Translations under genes and position numbers: made by a program | The notes under the pieces: model-generated | Told to the model about the DNA's origin: nothing | The model's database searches: none | Seen by the model: only the letters and a program-made list of their open reading frames with translations | In this document: in pieces, positions 41,590 to 53,453 of the stretch | How positions within the stretch are numbered: position 1 is the first letter of the stretch | Layout of the letters: each line of letters starts with the position of its first letter | DNA from: Flectonema sp. DT1601 | Taxonomy: Eukaryota | Length of the DNA: 64,000 nucleotides | Direction: 5' to 3' | Assembly: GCA_964019425.1 (NCBI GenBank) | Contig: OZ025780.1 | Span: forward strand, 496,001 to 560,000

Positions 41590-43271
41590 TTACCACCAGG
41601 CAATACTAGGATCCATCGCTGGCAGGATAGCAGCCACAGCAATAGGTAAAATTAAAAAGATAATGACCACCCACACTGTCCACTGTTGAAAGAATGGCTT
41701 CTTTAAGCATGTCGTTCCTCTTACTGAGTGTTTGGTAGCTGAAACTATCCTCGCCGTTATATTTGTTCCGATCGCTGCTTCTGAAGGATCGATAAGAACC
41801 TGAGCGTATCCCTTAGTATGACCAACTAAATTATGACCGTCGTGCGCAAATTCTGTTATCCAAACCCTCTGAATCGAACCTACAAGAGAACTAGTGTGAC
41901 TTGAGTACGAGTCAAATACCTGAGTGATTCTCCTGCTCCTATTCTTCTTAATCTGAGTAATTAACTGCTGCATACCAGCAGCAGGAGTTCCCCTTCTTGG
42001 GTAAAATTGACTGATGTACAATGACGGGAATTCATATTTCTGACAGAGGCGTAACGTTCTTTGAAAGCTTTCTTCACTTTCAGTAGGAAATCCACAGATG
42101 ACATCAGTCGCAATCAGAACTCCAGGAACTTTGGTCATTAAGGTGTCACATATCAGCTCAAAGTCTTCTACTGTATATTCTCTGTTCATAGTTTCTAACA
42201 CGTCATTACAACCAGCCTGAACCGGAACGTGCAAAAAAGCATAAACCCTCGGATGATTTAATATTTTAACTATATCCTCTAAATGTTCTAATATGTAAGG
42301 AGGGTTAGTCATTCCCAGTCTTAGCATTACTCCATCGGGGATCAGCTTTACAACTTCGCGAAGAAGAAGAACGATGTTCGTGCCTGTGTTTGTTCGTTTT
42401 TTTGTTTTTCTTTGTATCGTATAATTGAAAAATACATTTCCAACTATCATGAAGTACTTACTTGAATAAAGAAAGCGGGGTTCAATCATTTAACGTTGAA
42501 TTCGCACATATCAAAAAAAGAGTTCACACCAATATCTTTACCATATGCACCAGAGTCTTCAGATGTGAGACGGATTTCGGTTACTCCCTCTTTGAGGACT
42601 TGTTCAACCCGTTCACAAATTTCACTAATTGGGTAGGACATCAAGTCACCTCTGGCGTGTTTCGTCTTACAGTAGGTGCATTTATTGAGACAACCAGCAT
42701 TGATTGGAATTATCTCAACCCATTTATTGCGTCGAATTTTGGCGTGTTCTGTAAGGGAGGGGAGGCCTGCGGCCTTACCCTTGGCGGTCAAGGTGACGGT
42801 ATTTCCACGAAGGGTTTCCTTAACTGCTTCCGATATCCTGTGAATCTGCTGGACTCCGACAACCGAAACATTTGCGAATTCAGGGTTCTTGGGATCGCCT
42901 TGCGGGACACAGCCGCTTACAATTGTTGGCTTATTGGTTTTTTGAGCTTTTTTCATCTCGTGAATAAAATGTTCCTCAGATGGATTCTTGACTGTGCAAC
43001 TGTTGATTAAGTAAATGTCAGCCTCGTTGAAGTCTTCAGTTATTCCATATCCCTCCTCCGCCAGGATCCCTGCCATGTACTCACTGTCACTGTTGTTGTG
43101 ACTACACCCGTAAGTCTTCAAATAAACCATTTGCGACCCGGGGATGTCATAACCAACAGCTTTAGGTCGATTCTTTCTTGCACGTGGTACCACGCCACCC
43201 GGAGTTCCTTCAATTTCCGATGTTGGAACTGCGGGCCGCATGTTTGCTGCCATATCTTCCAAGTCCTCCAT
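41590..43271 (-). CDS. CDKAL1: CDKAL1/e-MtaB tRNA methylthiotransferase (radical SAM, TRAM domain, C-terminal TM; 511 aa)
   Basis: TYGCSHNNSDSEYM, NSCTVK, GCLNKCTYCKT, GMTNPPY, SQFYPRRGTPAA, C-terminal hydrophobic anchor. Exons 43271-42530 and 42383-41590. Confidence 0.95.
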
Positions 43272-43462
43272 TTTTTCTTTATACTTTTGAGTATTGCTGT
43301 GTAATAATTATTTAGTTAAAGAAATTTCTCCAAACACTCACTATTTCCCTCCAACACCTCGTAACCTAGCTGTATAATACAAACACAGTAGGAAGAGTTT
43401 TCGCATCAGACAAGGAAAGAAACAAGCGATATCAATGCAACAGTATTACGAAGTTATAAGAT

Positions 43463-43690
43463 AGTGCACTAAATCAAAATATATAAAAAAAAAAAGGAGT
43501 TTTAAAACCCACACACAACTGTTCTGCTGTTCCACACTGTGGAATATGTAGTTTCAGACCTTAATTTATACTACTTGTCCCTCTTAGGACTTCATTCTAG
43601 TTTTTTGATAAATCAGATTTATTAATATCTATATTTCAAAAGAACTGAAGTCCATTTAGACGAAGGAGTAGAAGCACTTATGCTTGTCTT
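43463..43690. repeat. Dispersed repeat, copy B (no MITE)
   Basis: Diverged match to 6712-6722 joined to 7489-7760. Confidence 0.75.
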
Positions 43691-43860
43691 ATTCTGACCT
43701 ACGATGAGAACACCGAGATCTCTTGAAGGGCTCCCCTCTGCGACTCTTGGGTAACCGATTCTAATCCATTATTATTTCTGGTTCTGAAAGAATGAGAAAA
43801 CTGCTTCGGAACAACTGGTGGAACTGCTTGACTCCTTACACCTCACAATGAGGCGATCGG

Positions 43861-45239
43861 CAGGGTGGAGGTGTTCACGATTTTTCACTTTGCTACACGA
43901 AAATTCACGATTTTTCACTTAATTTTTTGCTGCTTTCTGGTAGTGAAATCCCGTGAAAATGTGTGAAAATGTGTGAATTCTAGTGAAAAAAGTGAGTGAT
44001 ATCCTGTTAACAATATGTGTTGCAATAGTACTGCTTTTGGATCTCTATGTGTCTTCGTTGCAATCTCTGCTGTCTTAACGATGGTGTGTCGACATCAATG
44101 TTCTCATGTGGAACTCGCACAAGTAGGATGGTACCGTTGGTGCTGGTGTGCTGTGCGATGTCAAACCTGTTCAGTTTGCCATACATGTCACTTTGACAAC
44201 TAAATGGGCATCGCTTGTGCCCAGTGACCCATCACCCTTCCTGACCATCGCTTGTGGTGAGGTTCCGGACTTTGGACCGGCGCATCGCGTGTGCGGTGGG
44301 TTTAATCACTGAGGGGCTCATTCTCGTTCAGACTGTTCTGTTCTGTGGTGTCTTTCCATTACTCGCGGTGTGCGATGCTCCCGGGAGAATGAGATGAGAC
44401 GTCTGAGCACACCATTCACAATACTATATTGTGCACACATGAACTTCATGATGTTGCCCATTTCCTCGTTACTGAGAGACATCAGGTAAGCGTATGCCCG
44501 CCTGCGACGATGAGAGTACTTGATGAGGCGCTTGTTGCGCTGCAAGAATGTGAGAACCCACCTGAGGAATGGAATACCTCGAAGCGGGCATGATAACACA
44601 TAGCATGCAAATGCTAAGGTTCCGAAGCGCCCATTCGTAACCTTCTCTTTAAATGGGCACGCCCTAAAAGAGATGCGGTGCTTCTTGCGAAGCCAGTAAG
44701 CAAACGACCTATGAAGAAGCACAGCGTTACTATTGAACGGAGGAAGTCACTGAGGCCAAAGTACTTCGCAATCCAGGAGGCAATGCAATGAACTCGGTGT
44801 GTAGGCTCCGGGATGAGGCAGATATTGCCATCTTGGTCAAATAATTTAAACCCCCTGTATTCTGATCCACCCCGATCACTGAGCGCAGGTAATCGTGCAG
44901 GTTGACAGAGGTGGTGGTGCCGGATCAGTGATTAAGATTCCGAGCTGCTGGAAGTGGTGCAGCGCACGTCGTAGCGTGTCACAGAATGATTGAGCTTGGT
45001 GGCTCTGTGTCAGTGTGTTAGAATAGTTCAGCAACCACATGAAACTGTAACAAGAGCTGGATTAAAGAGAACTTTAGTATTAACAACGGTGCATCATTGC
45101 AAGAACTTTGAAGAATGTGATTGAGCTACTCAACAATCAGAAGCAATCGCGATGTTTTCGCAACATCGACATCGTGAATTTTCGTGAATTTTGATATTGA
45201 GATTTGTAGTCGTAAAAAAAACTACTCAGGGGGGGCCCG
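43861..45239 (-). mobile_element. Degenerate DNA transposon remnant (DDE-like); ends uncertain
   Basis: Starts CAGGG; CACGAAAATTCACGAT (43895) is inverted at 45171; minus-strand frameshifted translation LSDRGGSE...CLIPEPTHRVH...NGRFGT resembles the D...H...R(W/F) spacing of hAT-like transposases. Confidence 0.35.
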
Positions 45240-45264
45240 AACTGCATTGCTTCGTAGTTGTCAT

Positions 45265-45695
45265 AGTGAACTTTTGATTCAGGCCCTTCCCATCGAACAG
45301 GACGAAGACTTCTAAAACCTGAGATGAACCAATTGAGTTGAAACAAACAAATAACAGAGACGCAACACATACCGGAACATCATCGCAAGCAATGCTTCGG
45401 ACCTCCGTCGACCTTCGTTCTTCCGGCGGCAAAAGGGAACAAGAAAGAACGGGCAATGAGACAAACCTGTTAGTTGGTGTTGTGTTGTTGTTAAAAACAA
45501 AAACATAAACGCCAGGAAGTTCGACAACGAAGACATCGACATCGATCGCTGCTCTGCAGATGTCCGGCGGGTGTTTGTCTACACTGTGTTTATTGTTTGT
45601 TTTTTTCCCAAGGTTCAACCTTGGGAAGAGAGGTAAAAAATTCCGTCAATGTTGGCCTTCCTGCTCGAAGGTGCGCACCAATGACGATAAATAGA
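45265..45695. repeat. ~430-bp segment repeated in inverted orientation at 51492-51920
   Basis: ORF-track peptides 45226-45618(-) and 51568-52098(+) are nearly identical; contains intron-like GT...AACAG segments. Confidence 0.9.
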
Positions 45696-46855
45696 GTGAC
45701 ATGGGCAGAAGGTTTGAGTCCGCCAGACACAGAAGAACATGAGGAAAATGAAACTCCGCCGAGAAAGTCTGAGCGTTCAACTCTGAAAAAACGAACCCCT
45801 CCATCAAGATATCGTTACAATCGAAGGAGATGTTCTGCTGATGACGTTCACGGTGACTCCACCCCCTTGTAATTCTCTTTTTCCTTACTTTCACATCACT
45901 TTGTTTATTTAGTTTTTTAGCTTATTTATTATTTATTGTTCGTTTTTGTTTGTATTATTTTATCGATATGTTTATGTCCGTCAGATCATAACGTTAATCA
46001 GGTTAATTGTTAATTGTTAATTGTAAATGGTCTCCATGGTGTCCAACTAAATTAAAGGACAAGTCTGGGATAATCCCTGCCAGAGGGGCGAGTATTCTAC
46101 CATGGTTGAAATACTCTGGCAACTGATCTTCAATTTTATGTTGTTTGTTAGCTGCTGGTGTATCTTGATCATGTGTTGATACTTGCATTTTTTTATTTGT
46201 AATCTTCTATTACAATTCTCTTTCTGTTCTGGTCTGTTACTTCATTTGTCTTGTTTAACTTCAGTTATATGCATTTTACTTTTTATTGTTTCCCATCTAC
46301 TTTTTATTTTCTATTAGTTCTGGTCAGAAACCCCTGGGCAGCAAGAAGGAAAGCAGTTAAGTACTTCTGGGTGTTTGGCATCACCCCCCATAGTGAGCAA
46401 GTACAACAGGTAGCATTGGTAGTCTGTTGATCCTGAGTGATCCCAGCTACAGTTTTGTTTTTCTTTCTTTTTTTAGAAGAAGATCAGGACATCCAAGCAC
46501 TGCTGGATAGTTGCTGAATGCAGGGCCTGCCTGTGGCATTATAATAACAGGCTAAGTCATTTGTAGTTCATAGTTTACCTTTGATTTTATAACTTCACAT
46601 AGGTACTATGAACGATGAGAGATCCAGTGGGATCACTCAGGGTCTAGTAGAGACCACCAATGTTGTGCGTTGATATGCAAGGTGACCAACCTTGACATTC
46701 TTTCTTTTCTCTCCTGTTGTGACAAACACAAAATACACACACAGCTTACAGTGTGTTCTTTGTGTATGTTTTCTTCAGGTGTGAGTAGTTTTTTTGTTCT
46801 TGCTCTTCAGGGAGGGCCTTAGCCAAAAGCTAACAGTCCAAATCTCACCTGGTAG

Positions 46856-47175
46856 GACGCTAAACTGATTGTTTTTTCTTTAAAAATAAATAAAAAGAAT
46901 AAAAAAAAAAAAAAAAAGGAATAAACAATGTTATCATTGTTTTTTTTTATCGATCGACTATGTCGATTACTTTCTATTTTCCGTCCTGGTCAAGACGCTA
47001 AACTGATTGTTTTTTCTTTAAAATAATTAAAAGGATTTAAAAAAAAAAAAAAAAAAAAAAGAATAAACAATGTTATCATTGTTTTTTTTTCTATCGATCG
47101 ACTATGTCGATTAATTTCTATTTTCCGTCCTGATCGAGACGCTAAACTGATTGTTTCCTTTTTTTTAAATAATAA

Positions 47176-47190
<15 letters not shown>
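46856..47190. repeat. Tandem ~140-bp repeat, about 2.4 copies
   Basis: GACGCTAAACTGATTGTTT at about 46856, 46994 and 47138; two copies of GAATAAACAATGTTATCATTG...ATCGATCGACTATGTCGATTA. Confidence 0.85.
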
Positions 47191-47216
<26 letters not shown>

Positions 47217-47345
47217 ATCTCCCTGCTATCCCTCATATCCCCACAATAATATTATACCTTTTCATTTTCTCTTTCCTTTTCTGGTCTTTTTTTTTTTTTT
47301 TTTTTTTTTTTTCCTTTTTCATACAACGTTTTTTTATTTATATAT

Positions 47346-49120
47346 GAGGATGTGCAGAAACCCCCCCCCCAATTTTTACCAGGCTATCCCGTGGGCACCT
47401 AACACCCAATCCGAGCCCACCACCCCACGAAAATAGTATCCAAAAAACTCAAATCCGGTACTGGGGCACCCTTTTACTGCCCACCAGTTTAAAAATTTCA
47501 CTTTTTTGACTGTTTCTAGTAACATTTGCCTTGTAAGCTGTGTGGCACTGGTAGAAATTATGTTTGAAATTTTGTTTTTCTTGAAGGCCCAGATTTCCTG
47601 CGATTTAGATGCGAGTGTCAGCACAGATGTGATATTGCCAAAGTGTCAACCACATTCGGACTTGCCATGCCGACTAGGGAAAAAGTTAACCCAAGCTGAT
47701 TAACCTATTTTACAGAACAGGCTGATGACGGTTGTGTTCTCAAGGTGCCTACCAGCATCAGCCCAATAGTGAATCATCTTATCATTCTCAGACATCAAGA
47801 AGAACTTATTCATAACCTGATACGTTACTATCGCATTCTGGTTGATGTGTGGGAGTAGGAAGTTGTTATGGCCACACTGAACCTCAGTTCCAAACTGCTC
47901 ATGTAGTACACATCCAAGCAGACTATTTCCCCTGTTGATAGAAAGGGGAATTTGGCCCTTCTGTCATTAGAAGCCCTTTTCTTTATAATCCAGAGTCATG
48001 ATATAGTCACCAGGATGGATTAGATGTATCTTCTCAATACACCTGACATGTCTCTTATCTTCAATGTGAGAATCTATTTCAATAATTCCTCTCATTGTTG
48101 TTCGCTTCTCAGCTTCGGACTTTATGAGCGCCAGAAGGAAGTTACGATGATGTTGAAGGCCCCAGAGATCCACCCATTACGTCTGTCAACATCACAGATA
48201 CATGTGGCGAATACTGAAGATGCCGGGCAGGCAAGCTTCTTTCATGGATTCTTGTCGATGAGACGGTAGTTGCACACATTCGTACAGCGTCGTAACTGCT
48301 GAAACTCAACTCCAGGTAGAGAACAGTACTGTGTGTATGAGATAGTGTCTTTTAGAGGGGAGTTATTATCGACTAGTTGATACGAGGTCATCATGTTTTC
48401 AACAGTAACAGTAAAAGTAACTGCCTCTCTCCTTTTTTTGATACTTGGAGGAGTTTTATATTATGGTACCAATAATGGTTACCAGTTCTTATTGAACCTG
48501 ATTTTTCATGTCAGGTGTTACAACTGACAGGCAACCACTGACTCCACCTTCTTGTCCCTATTCTTCCACAATTCCTTTCCTACTACTATCCCAGTCTTAT
48601 TCACTTCTGCTATCCCCAGCCACTGGAACATAGAGCTTGTAGCGGCGTCCTCAAGCGGCTATAGATTCTAGAAAAACTCCAGTAATCCTGAGGGTGTACT
48701 TATTGTGAACAGCATGCTCACATTGCTCAATCATCACTGCCAGCAAGGGTGACTCAGAATCACCACCCGATATCGTACTCTGCAGTTCTCACGGGATCTA
48801 TGATTCTCCTGTCTCATCACTTCTCCTGTTCCTATCATTCCAGTCTTCATAGGAACCCAGGGTGTAAACAAATTTTTGCAATGTAGCTGCTAAGCTGGTT
48901 TTTGAGTATTTTGAGGGCAACCAACAGAGACACAAGGCAAAAGTACCAGAAACAGTCAAAAAATATAGAATTTTGAAACTGGTGAGCAGTTAGAGGATGC
49001 CCCAGTACCGGATTTGAGTTTTTTGGATAGTATTTTCGTGGGGTGGTGAGCTCGGATTGGGTATTAGGTGCCCACAGAATAGCCTGGTAAAAATTGGGGG
49101 GGGGGTTTCTGCACCGCCTC
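47346..49120 (-). mobile_element. Sola-like (Sola2-type) DNA transposon with decayed transposase, 1775 bp
   Basis: ~200-bp imperfect TIRs with GAG...CTC ends, 4-bp direct repeat ATAT; minus-strand remnant LDYKEK...HYWADAGRH...NFFPSRHGKSECG*HFG with in-frame stops (about 47630-48170). Confidence 0.8.
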
Positions 49121-49339
49121 ATATATATTTTTTTTTTTTTTTTTCATGTTTGATTATTTCCTCTTCATATTTTTTTCTTTTTTCTTTTCTTTCTTTTTTT
49201 TCTTTTTTTTCTCTGCCTCTCTCTTAATTCTGTTCGTTTCTTTGAAACGAAAATTCATTTGAATATTATTCCTTGGTCAGCAACCATCATTGTCGCCCTT
49301 TGGGCCTGTTAAAAAAAATAAAAAATAAAAAGAAAGTTT

Positions 49340-49906
49340 ACATCGGGAATAGGGCAGGAGCCAAAAGCTCCCAGTCCGTTACTTCCCACTTTATCGAAAT
49401 TCAGCCCTGTCTTTGCTAGGTATGGGCACCCCTGCCAGCATGTTATAAGAACTCTCATGCACCTCAGCATTGACATTAAGACCGGAGCCCTTCCCCACTG
49501 CTATAGTATTCTGGGTTATCGGAAGCTGTATCGTCCAGCGCTATACCCTTCACGAACACCATTAGGTGCCCTTCAAGCAGATGGCACACTGCCACCGGAA
49601 GTGAGGAAGGGAGTTGGGAGAAAAAAGAAGCTCCGAATTAGGAGTAAGGGGGAGGTCCGTGAAATCACGTGCCGTAAGTGCTTGCAGAAAGGTCACAACA
49701 AGAGGGGATGCAAAAACACAACGGCTGGAGCTGCCAAGCCTGCCCCAAAGGTAGCTGCCAAGAAGTCATCTGCCAAGCCTGCCCCAAAGGTAGCTGCCAA
49801 GAAGTCATCTGCCAAGCCTGCAAAGAGGCGGAAGCGTAAGTACTCATCAAGCTCAACAAGTTCCTTAACAAGTTCATCGTCAAGTTCATCATCAAGTTAT
49901 TCATAG
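49340..49906 (+). pseudogene. 3' fragment of a Mutator (MULE) transposase: degenerate SWIM plus CCHC knuckle
   Basis: FARYGHPCQHV (SWIM), Y...Y, PP.VRK..GR.KK.R, CRKCLQKGHNKRGC, then a 39-bp tandem AKPAPKVAAKKSS and Ser-rich tail; followed by (TTAG)n. Confidence 0.8.
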
Positions 49907-50162
49907 GGCAAGTTAGTTAGTTAGTTAGTTAGTTAGCAAGTCCATCAGACCACCGAGTATCGGTTAGGTGGACACTCAAAGAGTACCGGGTGGCTCTCCT
50001 GAGGGTCCCCAATACTGCGGCAGTAGGAAGAACCTAATCCCGGGGGATTATTTTGTTAGTATCAGCACAGGGCATACTAGATCAGGAGATCTAGAAACCC
50101 TTTGCTTCCACCTTGTCCGGTATACTAGCAGGAAACCACGCAATTAAGTAAACAAAAAAAAA

Positions 50163-50900
50163 GCTAGGGACTCCACGAAGGAGGTCTCAAGAGTCGAGGA
50201 AAAGACAGAGCCAAGACCCCAGAGCCAACCCAAAACACATGGTAGAGGACGAGGGAGAACAAGAGCGGGAGCGAGGTTAGAAACGTGACCAAAGCCCCCT
50301 CGAAGCAGGAGACACAACCTGCAACCAGACCCCCCCAAAAAAAAAAAAAAACCCCCGGTCAACGAGGCAAACTCAGACCAGAACATGCTTTTCACCCCCC
50401 CCAGGAAACACCGACCAGTGGAGCCAAAGGCCGCACACATATTATAAAAATCAAAGGCCGCCCCCCAACCCAAGAAAAGGATGAAAAACTATCAAGCGAA
50501 AAAACTTGACGTCCGTACGCCCCAGAGAACAAAGGACGGACGACTCACACCCCCTTCTTTCGCCCCATTTTATTTACTGGTACAGCGACAAATGTAAAGC
50601 TGGGTAGACGACGAATTATTTTTTGTGCACAGAGACAAGGGATCCATGAGAACAAAGGATCAAGAGAAGAAGTGCACATTCCCCATCCCAAACCCAGAAA
50701 CATGAGAACTCATTAAATTGAAGGGTCATGTCTTTTCAAGTCGAAAAATGCTTAAATGCTAAAGAAGACTGTCGTCCCCAGCTCGCGGGTTTTCCCTGTC
50801 GCTGTATGTCGAGACAACGATCAGAGTCAGTAGAAAGATTGTACAAATTTGTTGTATAATGAGAAAGGACAAAGAGAGTAGTTTCCATTTTATCTTCCCG

Positions 50901-50964
<64 letters not shown>
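50163..50964 (+). mobile_element. 5'-truncated copy of the RLE retrotransposon (3'UTR plus poly(A))
   Basis: Reverse complement of 52717-53458 with scattered substitutions; ends TTATCTTCCCG plus A-tail 50901-50964. Confidence 0.92.
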
Positions 50965-50966
<2 letters not shown>

Positions 50967-51108
50967 AGTTCTAATCTGAAACACTAAATAAACTTGGCAA
51001 GAGGAAAAGAAAAGCCTTATGGTAAAAAAAGCTAAATATCATCATAATTTATTGGATTTGGTTCATATAGAAAATTATTTCACGTATTCCACCCACAGGG
51101 GGTTGTAG

Positions 51109-51146
51109 GGTCAGGGCCCCAGTAACTTAAAAAAAAAAAAAAATGG
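51109..51146 (+). repeat. 38-bp direct repeat, left copy (right copy 63959-63996)
   Basis: GGTCAGGGCCCCAGTAACTT(A)15TGG is identical at both positions. Confidence 0.92.
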
Positions 51147-51443
51147 CTGTCTATTTCGGAAACTATTTTGTGTGGAGCTGTTAGCAGATTATAGGTTTTC
51201 TACTGGAAAAAAAAAATTTTTTGCTGAAAAAATTTTTTTTGTTGCTGAAAAAAAAATTTTTGTTGCTGAAAAAAAAAATTTTTTTTTGCTGTCCATTTCG
51301 GAAACTTTCGTGTGTGGAGCTGTCCATTTCGGAAACTTTTTTGTGTGGAGCTGTCCATTTCGGAAACTTTTTTGTGTGGAGCTGTCCATTTCGCAAACTT
51401 TTGTGTTGAAATCCGACATTTCGCAAACTTTTTTGTGGAATTA
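51147..51443. mobile_element. Solo right-end TIR of the 35940-37335 element family
   Basis: GCTGTCCATTTCGGAAACT...GTGTGGA 31-bp subrepeats ending GTGGAATTA. Confidence 0.85.
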
Positions 51444-51491
51444 TCAGCTCGTGAAGGGATCCAGTTGGTTCAAAGGTTTTCTCCCCCCACT

Positions 51492-51920
51492 CTATTTATC
51501 GTCATTGGTGCGCACCTTCGAACAGGAAGGCCAACATTGACGGAATTTTTTACTTCTCTTCCCAAGGTTGAACCTTGGGAAAAAAACAAACAATAAACAC
51601 AGTGTAGACAAACACCCGCCGGACATCTGCAGAGCAGCGATCGATGTCGATGTCTTCGTTGTCGAACTTCCTGGCGTTTATGTTTTTGTTTTTAACAACA
51701 ACACAACACCAACTAACAGGTTTGTCTCATTGCCCATTCTTTCTTGTTTCCCTTTGCCGCCGGAAGAACGAAGGTCGACGGAGGTCCGAAGCATTGCTTG
51801 CGATGATGTTCCGGTATGTGTTGCGTCTCTGTTATTTGTTTGTTTCAACTCAATTGGTTCATCTCAGGTTTTAGAAGTCCTCGTCCTGTTCGATGGGAAG
51901 GGCCTGAACCAAAAGTTCAC
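51492..51920. repeat. Inverted copy of 45265-45695
   Basis: Direct comparison of the two segments. Confidence 0.9.
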
Positions 51921-52649
51921 TGCCCCTATTCCTTTCCCAAATCTCTTATCCATTGTTTTTCCCAAAAAAAAAAAAAGGAAAAGAAAAAAAAAATATGAAG
52001 AGGAAATAATCAAACATGAAAAAAAAAAAAAAAAAAAAAATATATACTGTAAATATTCTTGTGGGGAAAAACCCGCGAGTTTTTTTTATTTTTTCTAAAT
52101 CCGCGAGAATTTTTCCCCGCGAGAGTATTTCCCTGCCAGCATACATTTTTATACAGCCATTTTTTTAGTTCCTTTTTGTGGAGGAGTGAATAAATCAACA
52201 GGGGGGATAGGGGCTGGATCCTTTTGGGATCGGCCCTCCCTTCACTTCCGCTCTCCAACGGGGGTCGCATCCCAGCCAATCGTCAGCGAAGAAAAGATTG
52301 CAAGGCATCGGCAAGCAGGCACAAAGAAACACTTAAGAGGGTAATAGTACAAACCTGTTTATTTTGTTTTTTTTAGGCGATTAACTATGCCAGATGCCAA
52401 GCAAACCAAGCGAGTGACGATCAGCTTCCTTCAGAGGTGGAGGAGCAGCGGCAGTGTGGCAAACCTCCTCCTTCATCTGCATCCATGCTCCAGTGCAGGT
52501 GAGCCACTCTCTTCATCAAGTTGATGCTATCGCCTGTAACTGATGCATGTGACGTTATAGTCTATAGCCCGAAATTAAAAAAAAAGGAATAGTTTAAAAA
52601 AAAAAAAGATCTTAACTCATTGATATTGTTTCTGAGCCATTCTCTTTTC

Positions 52650-52707
<58 letters not shown>

Positions 52708-53453
52708 TTTTTTTTTCGGGAAGATAAAATGGAAACTACTCTCTTTGTCCTTTTTCATTATACTGTTAATTAGTACAATCTTTCTACTGACTCTGATCGT
52801 TGTCTCGACATACAGCGACAGGGAAAACCCGCGAGCTGGGGACGACAGTCTTCTTCAGCATTTAAGCATTTTTCGACTTGAAAAGACATGACCCTTCAAT
52901 TTAATGAGTTCTCATGTTTCTGGGTTTGGGAAGGGGGAATGTGCACTTCTTCTCTTGATCCTTTGTTCTCATGGATCCCTTGTCTCTGTGCACAAAAGAT
53001 AATTCGTCGTCTACCCAGCTTTACATTTGTCGCTGTACCAGTAAATAAAATGGGGCGTAAGAAGGGGGTGTGAGTCGTCCGTCCTTTGATCTCTGGGGCG
53101 TACGGACGTCAAGTTTTTTCGCTTGAAAGTTTTTCATCCTTTTCTTGGGTTGGGGGGCGGCCTTTGATTTTTATAATATGTGTGCGGCCTTTGGCTCCAC
53201 TGGTCGGTGTTTCCTGGGGGGGGTGAAAAGCATGTTTTGGTCCGAGTTTTCCTCGTTGACCGGGGTTTTTTTTTTTTTTTTTTGGGGGGGGTCTGGTTGC
53301 AGGTTGTGTCTCCTGCTTCGCGGGGGCTTTGGTCACGTTTCTAACCTCGCTCCCGCTCTTGTTCTCCCTCGTCCTCTACCATGTGTTTTGGGTTGGCTCT
53401 GGGGTCTTGGCTCTGTCTTTTCCTCGACTCTTGAGACCTCCTTCGTGGAGTCC

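Noticed and set aside
45700..45870. Gypsy/Ginger integrase tail (RKSER...PSRY followed by purine-rich AAGGAGA and TGT)
   Set aside because: Motif is too short; no integrase core or second LTR/TIR found.
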